A DNA stretch of 64,000 bases from Steroidobacteraceae bacterium (GCA_025935615.1 JAICUY010000002.1:6605-70604); one strand, 5' to 3'; positions 47,271-56,155 are shown, counted from the first letter of the stretch. Program-made: numbers and translations. Notes: generated from the letters alone by a model not told the origin.

Positions 47271-50042
47271 TTACTCGCCGAAGATCGTCAGCTGCTCGCC
47301 GCCGCGCTCGATGAGGGGGTCTAGGCCGAGCACCGGCTCGAGCCGATCCAGCCCGGCACCGGGCCGCGCCGCCAGGGCATCGAGGTGCTGCCACTTCAGG
47401 ACGTGCCAGTTCTGGCGATCCATTTCGGAACGGAGCCACGGCGAGCGCTCCAGCTTCAGGCGCAGCAGCTCGCCACGCTCCGCGGGCAGGACCAGGAAGC
47501 GCGCCTGTTGGTCGTCGCTCGGGATCTGTGCTCCACGTCGGAGCACAGCCTCCCCGACCATGGCGGTCCATTCCACCTCGAACAGGAAGACGAGTCTGCC
47601 GCGCACGTACCACAGCGCGTCGACCGCGCCGAGTGCGTCCGCCGGCGCGCGTAGGACGAGCGGGAGGTAGACGCGACGCTCCTCGTCGGCGAGTCGCTCA
47701 CCGAGCGGCGTCCCATCGATGAGCCGAGCCTGCTCGCGTTTGCTGATCCAGACCCGCAGGCCGAGGCGATGGCCGTAGTCGGCGAGCGCTGCCAGCACCC
47801 TGCCGTGATCCTCGATGCGGCCTGCCAGCTCGTCCTCGGTTCGCAGCTCTCCACGCTCGTTGACCGCCGCATAGGCGGCCAGGCAGGCACGCACCAGCTC
47901 CTCGTCCGGCGCCGCGAGCCCCGGGAAGATGGCGTAGATCCGCTCCAGGAAGGCGGCCGTGTCGAGGCGGCCGGCGGTGGACAGGATCGAGAAGGTGGCC
48001 CACTCGACCCGGTCGGCGAGCGGCGACTCCGCCAGCTCCGGCTGGCGCAGCCACCACAGCGGCCGCGCCTCGTCGCCGAGCCGCTCGAGCGTCGGATGGT
48101 CGTCGCGCCACAGCTCCTCGCGCAGGAGGCGCGCGAGCAATGCGGAGCCGGCGCGCTCCATGCGCTGGTCGCCGTCGTCGGGCGTGCCGTGTTCAGCGCC
48201 GCGCTGCAGCGCCAGCCGCCGCAGCAGGCCGCGCCGCTCGAGCTCGAGCACGACTGCCGCCGCGACCCGTGTCAGGCCTGCCGGCTCACCGCGGTCGCGC
48301 AACAGGCCGAGCGTGGCCGCCTCCATCGCCTCGGCCAGCTCCGGATAGGTGAGCCGCTCTCCTTCCGCCCCCAGTCGCAGCGGCCGCGGCTGGACGGCGT
48401 GACGCAGCCGGTCCTCGACGGACGGCTTGCGGAAATGGAGCCGCAATCCGTCGCCCGAGCGGCGCGACTCCCGCACGACCACGTCGGTCAGCTCGAGGCC
48501 GGCGGCGGCACCGGCCACTGCGAGCCCCAGCAGGCGATCGGGATCGTCACCCTCCAGGATGACCGCGAACCATCCGTCGGGCTTCAGGGTGCTCGCCGCG
48601 GATGCGACGGCGTGGCGCAGCGCAGTCGCCTCGGCTGCCTGGCTGCGGTCGATCCCCGATCCGAACAGTGGCTCCAGCCGCAGCGTCTCGGCTGCCTCGC
48701 GACCCATCAGCCAACCCGTGGCGAGGTACTCGAAGCTGAGCTCGTCGACGCTCGGCGGCGGCGCTGCCGAACCGAGGACGAGATCGACGCTTTCCGCAGG
48801 CAGGTACTGCCCGACCACCGCCGGCCGGCAACGGACCCACAGCAAATTTGCGGCGCTGACGCTGCCGAGGTCCGAGAAGTCGGTCGCAAAGCGCGCCGGG
48901 CGGCGGTCGTCGGCACCGATCGACAGCGCGGTGCGCACATCATCCACCGCCGCCTCGAACAGCTGCCAGACGTTCGCCTCGCGCTGGTAGCGCGATGCCG
49001 GCTGCCGGACGTGCCCGTTGCTGATGCGCAGCGAGGCGACGCGCCCCGGGTACCCGTTCAGCCGGCTGGCCGGGAGCAGGCATGCGGCCAGCGCAAGGCG
49101 CATGACCGCCGCCATCGGCTGGCTGCGGAACTCGGCGTCGATCTTGTTTGCAATCGTCTGCAGCGCGTACAGGTTGCGCGGCGTGAACAGCTCGAGCAGC
49201 TCATCGACGAGCTCGTGGCGGCCGTCGAGCACCGGAAAGCGCTCACGCAGCTGTGTGTAGTGCTGGCTGTGCTGCACGTCGGCGGTCGGCTGACTGATGC
49301 TCTCGGGCCGCACCGTCGATGCGTAGCGGGGACCGGCCGACAGGGCCGCGCCGGATGCGGAACCCCGGCGGCCAGGGGGTGGAGGCCCGCCCGGCTCTCC
49401 GAGCGGCTGCTCCGGCATGCCGGTCAGGCCCGTCGGCGCCGGCGGCAGGTCCTCATCGAGGTCGGCCGCGAGCTCGGGTGTGCTGCGTGGGGCGGCATCC
49501 TCGATGCCGAGCTTGGCCAGGTCGCCCTCGTCGACCGGGGCCACGCGTTCCTCGGGCCCACCAACCGACACGTCGCAGTTCGCGCAGTGGTACATCTTGC
49601 GGCCCGGCGCGTCGGCATCGCGTGGCCAGATGAACTGGTCGCCCACCACCGGTCGCCGGCACGTGCCACACCGCGTCGCGTACAGCTCCTCGATGTGCTG
49701 GCGGAGAGGCACGTCCACCCGGCGCGATCGAGCCAGCTGCTCGAACGCGGCCTGAATGGACCCCTCGTCCGGCGACGTCAGGAAGGCCTGCGCCACCAAC
49801 TGGGCAAACGGGCTTGGATCCGCCGCGACCGCCCGGAGGCCGTGCGCGGTTGCGCGGCGCGCGGTCCAGCCGGTCCCGGCCCACGGGTCGAGCACGGTGT
49901 CGCCCGCCGCGGCGAACGCATCGAGCTCGGCGTCGATCAGGTTGTCGGCGGGCGACGGAAAGTAGCGCTCGAGGAGCGCCAGGCCGGGGAGGCGTCGCGG
50001 AAGGACGACGTGATCGTGTCGCTTCCGATCAGCCTCGCGCAT
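47271..50042 (-). CDS. Large orphan protein (923 aa) with N-terminal N6/N4-DNA-methylase motif-I-like segment, CxxC..CxxC zinc ribbon and C-terminal PD-(D/E)xK-like strand
   Basis: The segment VLDPWAGTGWTARRATAHGLRAVAADPSPFAQLV resembles the VLDPFAGSGTT..GR..IGIE motif of N6_N4_Mtase. A Zn ribbon (RCGTCRRPV...HCANCD) follows. The C-terminal ..DALWYVRGRLVFLFEVEWT is PD-(D/E)xK-like. No Walker motifs are present. Composition is good across the whole length. Confidence 0.6.
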   Translation of the reverse strand: MREADRKRHDHVVLPRRLPGLALLERYFPSPADNLIDAELDAFAAAGDTVLDPWAGTGWTARRATAHGLRAVAADPSPFAQLVAQAFLTSPDEGSIQAAFEQLARSRRVDVPLRQHIEELYATRCGTCRRPVVGDQFIWPRDADAPGRKMYHCANCDVSVGGPEERVAPVDEGDLAKLGIEDAAPRSTPELAADLDEDLPPAPTGLTGMPEQPLGEPGGPPPPGRRGSASGAALSAGPRYASTVRPESISQPTADVQHSQHYTQLRERFPVLDGRHELVDELLELFTPRNLYALQTIANKIDAEFRSQPMAAVMRLALAACLLPASRLNGYPGRVASLRISNGHVRQPASRYQREANVWQLFEAAVDDVRTALSIGADDRRPARFATDFSDLGSVSAANLLWVRCRPAVVGQYLPAESVDLVLGSAAPPPSVDELSFEYLATGWLMGREAAETLRLEPLFGSGIDRSQAAEATALRHAVASAASTLKPDGWFAVILEGDDPDRLLGLAVAGAAAGLELTDVVVRESRRSGDGLRLHFRKPSVEDRLRHAVQPRPLRLGAEGERLTYPELAEAMEAATLGLLRDRGEPAGLTRVAAAVVLELERRGLLRRLALQRGAEHGTPDDGDQRMERAGSALLARLLREELWRDDHPTLERLGDEARPLWWLRQPELAESPLADRVEWATFSILSTAGRLDTAAFLERIYAIFPGLAAPDEELVRACLAAYAAVNERGELRTEDELAGRIEDHGRVLAALADYGHRLGLRVWISKREQARLIDGTPLGERLADEERRVYLPLVLRAPADALGAVDALWYVRGRLVFLFEVEWTAMVGEAVLRRGAQIPSDDQQARFLVLPAERGELLRLKLERSPWLRSEMDRQNWHVLKWQHLDALAARPGAGLDRLEPVLGLDPLIERGGEQLTIFGE

Positions 50043-50048
50043 CGGCTC

Positions 50049-50924
50049 CTACGATTCTTCGAGCAGCTCTTCCTCGAGCTCAGGCTCGGCTGAGAACTCC
50101 GGGAGCGTGGTGTCGAGCTCCTCGACTTCCTCGGACTCCTCGTCGAGCTCTTCGCTCTCCTCCTCGTCATCGTAGCGGAGCGCCGTGCCCTTCATGTACG
50201 GTCGCACGTCACCCGCGCGAGCCGCCGTGGTGCCGGGGAATGACACCTTGCCGAAGTTGGAGGGATGGCCGAAGACTTCCCGGATGATGATCCGCACGTC
50301 GTCGTTGCTGACCACGGTGATGGCGGCTTCGTAGCGATTGCCGCCCTCGACCAGCTTGACGAGGCGCGTACCGATCCGAGGCTCGACCTGTCCGATCTCG
50401 GACTGGCCGGCCATGGCGACCAGCTGCTCCCCCTCGACGCGCAACTCGACTCCGTCGCCCGGCGATAGTGGAGCCAGGACGCGAGGAGCGGCCAGGTTGA
50501 TGAGGCGGGCATGGCCCGTCTTGCCCATCTCCTCGATGAAGTGCGCCGCCGAGGCCTTCTCGGGGCGGCCGTTGGGCGCCTTGGCTCCGTGGCCGTCGGA
50601 GCGATTGGCGACGAGCACCCGCAGCCGCTCGACGTTGCGCTCGGCAATGCGGTTGGTGTTATCGCGCTCGAGCGCGTGCTCATAGGCCTCGAGCGCCTCA
50701 TCCTCGCGGCCGAGCTCGGCCAGGGCCTTACCCAGCCGGTTGTAGGTGTCGGTATCCGGTCCGAGCTCCAGCAGCTCGCGGTTGGCATCGACGGCAGCCT
50801 CCCACTCGCCGCGGGTGGCATGTCCGATCGCCGTATCGGCGAGCTGTCGGCGCTGGCGGTTGATGGTGTCGATCTCACCGAGCGTCATCAGTTCTGACGT
50901 CTCCAGTTCTGGCGCAAGTAGCAC
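50049..50924 (-). CDS. TPR-repeat protein with C-terminal poly-acidic tail, co-operonic with the 923-aa protein
   Basis: TPR-like repeats sit at the N-terminus (YNRLGKALAELGREDEALEAYEHALERD). A beta-rich middle domain is followed by the tail DDEEESEELDEESEEVEELD..EEELLEES. There is a 6-nt gap to the downstream gene. Confidence 0.55.
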   Translation of the reverse strand: MLLAPELETSELMTLGEIDTINRQRRQLADTAIGHATRGEWEAAVDANRELLELGPDTDTYNRLGKALAELGREDEALEAYEHALERDNTNRIAERNVERLRVLVANRSDGHGAKAPNGRPEKASAAHFIEEMGKTGHARLINLAAPRVLAPLSPGDGVELRVEGEQLVAMAGQSEIGQVEPRIGTRLVKLVEGGNRYEAAITVVSNDDVRIIIREVFGHPSNFGKVSFPGTTAARAGDVRPYMKGTALRYDDEEESEELDEESEEVEELDTTLPEFSAEPELEEELLEES

Positions 50925-51035
50925 GAAAGCCCCTCGACGGGTCGGTTCCCGGCGAGAGGGCGCCTTGTTGTAGCACCGCCCATCGGTGGTGTCAACGCGA
51001 TGGAAAGCGACCGAGCGCCTGCCCGCCGGAACGCG

Positions 51036-51815
51036 TCAGCCGATCTGATGCAGGAGGAGTGCCATCAACAGGCCGAGCAGGGCCAGCGCGCCGAACTCGA
51101 GCGCGACACTGCGATTGCTGCGGCCCTCGTCGAGCGCCTCGACCGCGCCACCCCACACGTAGAAGGAGAGCGCGACGACCGCGGGTGCGGCGACCCCCGG
51201 AAGGGCCAGCAGGACCAATGCCGCGCCGGCCTGTGCGACCGCCAGGCTGTGCAGCAGCGCCAGCCCGAGCGCACGGAGACCGGTGCTGCCCCGGCCTTCC
51301 GCCGCGCGCACCGCGAGCACGAAGCTGACGAGACCGATCAGCGCCAGCGGGGGCGGCCAAGTCGACTGCCCAAAGAGCCGCCAGATGCCGGCTGCTGCCA
51401 GGAAGAGGATCCCCACCAGCGCCAGGTCGAGCGTGGTGCGCGCTCCGAGTCCCACCGCGGTGCGCATCTCCAACCACAGGACGGCCCAGATCAGCACCGC
51501 CGCCAGCGGCGTCAGCAGCACGGCCGTGCCCGGCGCGAGCAGCCGGCCCGCGAGCGTCAATGACAGTGCGGTGATGGCCGGCGTCGCGTATCGCGCCAGC
51601 CCGAGCTCGGGACGCGCCGGGCCGATGAGCCGCACCGCACCGGCCCCGCCGATCGCGAGCTGCAGGCCGACCGCGACCGCCAACCACGTCCCGCCGCTGA
51701 CCCAGCCGACGGCCGCCAGCACGGCGAGCACCAGGGACAGGCCGACCACCTCCGGCCGATCGATGCGCTGGAGCAGGCGCTGCGCCCGACTGCCGCGAAG
51801 CATGCCGTCCATCAT
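51036..51815 (-). CDS. Polytopic integral membrane protein of unknown function
   Basis: At least 7 TM helices are predicted. The ATG at 51815 forms an ATGA overlap with the PolX stop, and the longer track form would overlap PolX by 67 nt. Confidence 0.5.
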   Translation of the reverse strand: MMDGMLRGSRAQRLLQRIDRPEVVGLSLVLAVLAAVGWVSGGTWLAVAVGLQLAIGGAGAVRLIGPARPELGLARYATPAITALSLTLAGRLLAPGTAVLLTPLAAVLIWAVLWLEMRTAVGLGARTTLDLALVGILFLAAAGIWRLFGQSTWPPPLALIGLVSFVLAVRAAEGRGSTGLRALGLALLHSLAVAQAGAALVLLALPGVAAPAVVALSFYVWGGAVEALDEGRSNRSVALEFGALALLGLLMALLLHQIG

Positions 51816-53566
51816 CGGACCAGCTCGAGCAGTTCGCCGACCGATCGCGTCGACAGCAGCTGGGCCGGAGTCAACCACGCGCGACGCGCCATCGAGACGG
51901 CGTAGCGCAGCTGATCGAGCTCCTCCGTCCGGTGCGCGTCGCTCGCCACGGTCAGGCGGGCGCCGGCCGCCGCCGCCGCCCGGGCCAGCGTGTCATCCAG
52001 ATCGAGGCGAGGGCTGCCGTTGATCTCGAGCGCAGTGCCGTGCTTCGCCGCCGCGTCGAAGACGCGCGGCCAGTCGAGCATCAGCGGATCGCGCCGGTTC
52101 ACGATTCGCCCGGTGGGATGCGCCAGCACGTCCACGTGCGGATTGGTGATGGCGGCCAGCGCGCGCGTGGTGAGCTGCTCGGACGGCTGTGCCCGGCCGG
52201 TATGGATGCTCGCGATGACGAGGTCGAACCGCGCCAGCAGCTCATCGGGATAGTCCAGCGTGCCGTCGGCGCGGATCTCGAGTTCGGTGCCATGGAGGAT
52301 GCGAAATGGCGCCAGCTCCGCGTTGAGCCGCGCGATCTCGGTGCGCTGCTGCTCGACGCGGTCAGGCGCCAGGCCTCGGGCTATTCCCAGCGACGGCGTG
52401 TGGTCGGTGAGAACGATCCATGCGCGTCCCACGTCTCGTGCGGCTCGGGCCATGACCTCGATGCTGTCGACGCCGTCGGTCCAATCCGAGTGGGTGTGCG
52501 TGTCGCCGCGGATGTCGTCGAGCGTGACGAGGTCGGGCAGCGTTCCCAGCGCGGCCGCCTCGATCTCGCCGGTCCCCTCGCGCAGCTCCGGTGCGATCCA
52601 CGCCAGGTCGAGGCGCTCATAGACCTCTTCCTCGGTCGCAGCCAGGAGCAACTCCCCGCTGTCGAGCACCTTGAACCCCTTCTCCGACAGCGACCAGCCG
52701 CGTGCCAGGGCACGGCCGCGGAGCGCGATGTTGTGGTCGGCGCGGCCGGTGAAATGAACGAGATGCGTGCCCCACGCCGCGGGCGGACAGAGCATGAGGT
52801 CGACCTGGGGCCCGTCACGCAGCACGATGCTCGACTTGTCCGTCCCGGCCGAAACGACATGGTCGACCTCCGCCAGGCCGTCGAGCGCTGCGATCAACGG
52901 CGCCGGATCGCTGACCGCCGCCAGCAGGTCCAGGTCGCCGATCGTAGCCCGGCGGCGGCGCAGCGAGCCTGCCGGCTCGATCGACACGACGCCGGCGGTG
53001 TTCCGCAGCCGTGCGAGCAGCGAGCCGACCAGCTCGTCCGCCTCGTGGAGCAGCAACCGCGTGCTGCGTCGCTCGATGCGGCCGATGCCGGCCAGGATGT
53101 TCTCCTCGGTGCGCGCCGAGAGGCCCTTGAGCGAACGCAGCTGGCCACCTTCCGCGGCCGCCCGAAGCGCCTCGACCGAGTCGATGCGCAGCTCGTCGTG
53201 CAGCTGCTTGACGGTGCGCGGGCCGACGCCCGGCACGCGCAGCATGTCGAGCAGCCCGACGGGCACCTGGGCACGCAAGCGGTCGTGGTACTCGAGACGG
53301 CCCGTCTCGGCGAGCTCGGCCAGCTTGGCGCCGATGGCCGCCCCCGCGCCCGGAATCTTCGGCGGCTCGCCACGGCGGTAGAGGGCCGCCACGTCATCGG
53401 GATAGCGCTCGATCGCGTCAGCCACGCGCCGGTAGGCGACCGCCTTGTACACGACCTCGCCCAGGATCTCGAGCGTGTCGCCGATCTCGTTGAAGATGCG
53501 CGCCAGCTCGGAGTTGCTGAGCACGCCGGGCTCGCCACTGCGCGGCGCGGCACGAGGTCGAGGCAT
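51812..53566 (-). CDS. DNA polymerase X family protein with C-terminal PHP phosphoesterase domain
   Basis: An HhH region (LSNSELARIFNEIGDTLEILGE) and the pol-beta nucleotidyltransferase motif GSLRRRRATIGDLDLL are present. The PHP motif GDTHTHSDWTDG is also present. The start is the ATG at 53566, with a TTG alternative at 53587. Confidence 0.85.
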   Translation of the reverse strand: MPRPRAAPRSGEPGVLSNSELARIFNEIGDTLEILGEVVYKAVAYRRVADAIERYPDDVAALYRRGEPPKIPGAGAAIGAKLAELAETGRLEYHDRLRAQVPVGLLDMLRVPGVGPRTVKQLHDELRIDSVEALRAAAEGGQLRSLKGLSARTEENILAGIGRIERRSTRLLLHEADELVGSLLARLRNTAGVVSIEPAGSLRRRRATIGDLDLLAAVSDPAPLIAALDGLAEVDHVVSAGTDKSSIVLRDGPQVDLMLCPPAAWGTHLVHFTGRADHNIALRGRALARGWSLSEKGFKVLDSGELLLAATEEEVYERLDLAWIAPELREGTGEIEAAALGTLPDLVTLDDIRGDTHTHSDWTDGVDSIEVMARAARDVGRAWIVLTDHTPSLGIARGLAPDRVEQQRTEIARLNAELAPFRILHGTELEIRADGTLDYPDELLARFDLVIASIHTGRAQPSEQLTTRALAAITNPHVDVLAHPTGRIVNRRDPLMLDWPRVFDAAAKHGTALEINGSPRLDLDDTLARAAAAAGARLTVASDAHRTEELDQLRYAVSMARRAWLTPAQLLSTRSVGELLELVR

Positions 53567-53626
53567 CTGCGCAGATTCTAGAGACAAGCGAAGGGCCGCC
53601 CCCTGTGTGGGAGCGGCCCGTATCGG

Positions 53627-53797
53627 TCAGCTCTGTTCAGGCTGACGCATCCGGCTGCGTCTGGTGCGTGGCAGGGCGAGGCCGAAGATTCTGCCCTGAC
53701 GACGGCGGCGGGAGGTTGCAGCGACGCGTCGGTTACGCGCGTCGTCGAGCAGCTCCTGCTGACGCAGCTCGGCCTGCATCTCCCAGAAGCTGGTCAT
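53627..53797 (-). CDS. Small basic hypothetical protein (56 aa) with a strong Shine-Dalgarno
   Basis: AAGGAGG lies 7 nt upstream of the ATG. The protein is MTSFWEMQAELRQQELLDDARNRRVAATSRRRRQGRIFGLALPRTRRSRMRQPEQS. Its C-terminal half is Arg-rich. I find no family match. Confidence 0.4.
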   Translation of the reverse strand: MTSFWEMQAELRQQELLDDARNRRVAATSRRRRQGRIFGLALPRTRRSRMRQPEQS

Positions 53798-53866
53798 ATG
53801 CATGCCTCCTTGGTGTTCAGATGTCGAGTCGCGGTGCTCCTGTAAAACCGCGCCGGCTGTCGACAC

Positions 53867-54035
53867 CGACCGCGGCGCCCGCCATGGCCACGGCCAGGAC
53901 GATCGCCAGGATCACGAAGGTCACCATCGGTTCGCTCCTTCCGCGCGTGTAACTCGTAGATGTGCTTTGACTGGTTACATGCCAATCCTAGGCGGATGGC
54001 CGTAACTTGTCAAGCGGTATATACTGGTTACAGTT
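53867..54035. promoter_or_regulatory. AT-richer divergent promoter region with a 10-bp direct repeat ACTGGTTACA (twice) and TTGACT / TATATACT hexamers
   Basis: This is the only clearly lower-GC stretch in the window. The repeats lie at about 53958 and 54022. The two copies are TTGACTGGTTACA and TATACTGGTTACAG. Confidence 0.3.
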
Positions 54036-54665
54036 ATGAGCCTGAACCACGAGAGCCTTCCCGAGCCGAACGCGGCCGGCGAGCTCTTCGTCGATTTCGC
54101 CAACACGCTGGAGTACGACCGCGGAGAGGCAATCGACTCGGTGCCTGAGCCGGATGCGCTCCTCACCTGGCTGCGCGAACGCGACCTGATCAGTGACCGC
54201 GGACGTGCGACCGAGAGCGCTCGTCTGCGCCGCGACCCGCAGGAGGCGGCTCGGCGGCTCGAGCGCTTCGGCCACCTGCGGCAGCTCCTGCACGATGTCG
54301 CCGAGTCGGTCGGGCGCTCCGGCCATCCGTCGAAGCGCCAGGTGCGCGAGCTGAACCACATCCTGCGGCACGGGCTCCACTACCACGAGCTTCGGCTCGA
54401 CAGCGACGGGACGCGCTACGCGTTCGCCCAGGTCGGCGACCGCCTGGATCAGGCGCGAGCCACCATCGCCAGCTCGCTCGCCCATTTCCTGGCCGACGAC
54501 GACGCCTCTCGACTGCGCGCCTGCGCCAATCCGGCCTGCCGGCTCGTCTTCGTCGATCATTCGCCCACCGGCCGGCGGCGCTGGTGCGACATGCGCACCT
54601 GCGGCAACCAGGCAAAGGTCGCGCGTCACCGTGCTCGGGCGCGGGAGAGCGCGGAGCACGGGTAG
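54036..54665 (+). CDS. ABATE + CGNR zinc-finger domain putative stress-responsive regulator
   Basis: The C-terminal sequence CANPACRLVFVDHSPTGRRRWCDMRTCGNQAKVARHR matches the CGNR zinc-finger signature. Confidence 0.8.
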   Translation: MSLNHESLPEPNAAGELFVDFANTLEYDRGEAIDSVPEPDALLTWLRERDLISDRGRATESARLRRDPQEAARRLERFGHLRQLLHDVAESVGRSGHPSKRQVRELNHILRHGLHYHELRLDSDGTRYAFAQVGDRLDQARATIASSLAHFLADDDASRLRACANPACRLVFVDHSPTGRRRWCDMRTCGNQAKVARHRARARESAEHG

Positions 54666-54886
54666 AATGCGCGGTGCGCCGGCCCAGCCGGCGACCGCGA
54701 TCGAATCCGTAGCGAGGCAACGCGCGACCAACGTGGACGCCGGACCCAGTAGACGCAATCAGCGCGCCCTCGGCGGACGACCGGAGCGCGAGGTGATCAT
54801 CTAGCGTCGCAGTCGACGCAGCCACTTCGCGACCGCCGACCACCCGCTCACGGCGCAGGAGCCCGATCGAGCGAGGTGGTCGTTCC

Positions 54887-56155
54887 ATGCTCTTCCTGAG
54901 CCAGATCCTCGGCAAGCCGGTCCAGGACCGGCACGGCGAGCCGTTCGGCAAGGTGCGCGACCTGATCGTGGCGCTCGGCGAGAAATACCCGCCCGTCACC
55001 GGGCTCGTCGTCGGCGTGGCCAGCGGCCGAGACATCTTCCTGCCTTGGTCGGACGTCGAGGCAGTCGACGGCTCAGGGGCGCGGCTGCGCAGCTCGAGCA
55101 TCAACATCGCCGCATTCCGGCAGCGGCCCAACGAGATCCGAGTCTGGCTCGACCTGCAGGACAAGCAGATCGTCGACGTCGAGGGACGCAAGATCGTGCG
55201 GGTCAACGACATCCAGCTCGCGCCCGTTCGCGGCCGGCTGCGGCTGGTGGCCGTCGACGTGGGGCTGGCCGGCATCCTGCGCCGGCTCGGCCTCTCCGGT
55301 CCCGGCGAGCGCCTGGCGCGCGCGCTGGGGATCGAGGTCGCCAACTACATCGAGTGGGAGGACGTCGATCCGGTGGAGTCGAGCGTCAGCTCGCTCAAGC
55401 TGCGCGTCCCGCACCAGGCCCTGTCGACCCTGCACCCGGCGGACGTGGCCCACATCGTCGAGCAGCTCGCCCCTCGTGACCGCACCGGCATCCTCGCCGC
55501 GCTCGATGACGAGCGGGCAGCCGATGTCATGGAGGAGCTCGACGCCGAGGACCAGGTCGACGTGCTGGAAGCGCTGCCGCCCGAGCGCGCCGCCGACATC
55601 CTGGAGGAGATGGGTCCCGACGAGGCAGCCGACCTGATGGCCGATCTCTCCGAGGAGCGCCAGAACGAGCTGCTGAGCCTCATGCAGCCGGAAGAGGCGG
55701 AGGAAGTCCGCGAGCTGCTCGCGTACGGCGAGGAGACGGCCGGCGGGCTGATGACGACCGACTTCATCACCGTCTCGCCCGACGAGACGGCCCAGGACGT
55801 GATCGACCGGCTGCGGGAGCTCGCTCCCCCATCCGACCGCACCTATTACCTCTATGTGACCGATGCCGGCGGCGTGCTCGAGGGGACGGTCACGCTGCGC
55901 GGACTCATCGTGGCGCGGCCGGAGACGGCCGTGCGCGAGTTCATGCGCGGCGATCCGATCTCGGTCGGCGCCGACGTCGACGCCGAGCAGGTCGGCGCGG
56001 CGATCGCCCGCTACAACCTGCTCGCACTGCCGGTGGTCGACGATGCGGGCGTGCTGCTCGGCATCGTGACGGTGGACGACGCCTTCGAGCGAGCGTTGGG
56101 TGAGGGCTGGCGGCGACGCCTGCCGGAGATCTTCGAGCGGGCCGAGGAGCGGTGA
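54887..56155 (+). CDS. Standalone MgtE cytoplasmic module with PRC-barrel, MgtE_N and tandem CBS domains but no transmembrane pore
   Basis: A PRC-barrel-like N-terminus (FLSQILGKPVQDRHGEPFGKVRDLIV) is followed by the acidic MgtE_N helical bundle (DVMEELDAEDQVDVLEALPPERAADILEEMGPDEAADLMADL). Two CBS domains come next. The sequence has no hydrophobic TM segment. The stop overlaps the GTG start of the next gene (GTGA). Confidence 0.8.
   Translation: MLFLSQILGKPVQDRHGEPFGKVRDLIVALGEKYPPVTGLVVGVASGRDIFLPWSDVEAVDGSGARLRSSSINIAAFRQRPNEIRVWLDLQDKQIVDVEGRKIVRVNDIQLAPVRGRLRLVAVDVGLAGILRRLGLSGPGERLARALGIEVANYIEWEDVDPVESSVSSLKLRVPHQALSTLHPADVAHIVEQLAPRDRTGILAALDDERAADVMEELDAEDQVDVLEALPPERAADILEEMGPDEAADLMADLSEERQNELLSLMQPEEAEEVRELLAYGEETAGGLMTTDFITVSPDETAQDVIDRLRELAPPSDRTYYLYVTDAGGVLEGTVTLRGLIVARPETAVREFMRGDPISVGADVDAEQVGAAIARYNLLALPVVDDAGVLLGIVTVDDAFERALGEGWRRRLPEIFERAEER

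Noticed and set aside
47271-50042. Assigning the 923-aa protein to a known defence system (BREX PglX, DISARM methylase, type IIG/IIL restriction-modification, COG1743/DUF1156)
   Set aside because: Only motif I is recognisable. There is no DPPY motif, no helicase/ATPase/PglZ partner and no companion genes nearby. It was left as an orphan with the observed motifs described.
53794-53985. The 63-aa minus-strand ORF and the 115-aa plus-strand ORF (53605..53952) in the AT-richer region
   Set aside because: Both overlap the better-supported 56-aa ORF or the promoter region. They have poor codon bias and no Shine-Dalgarno.
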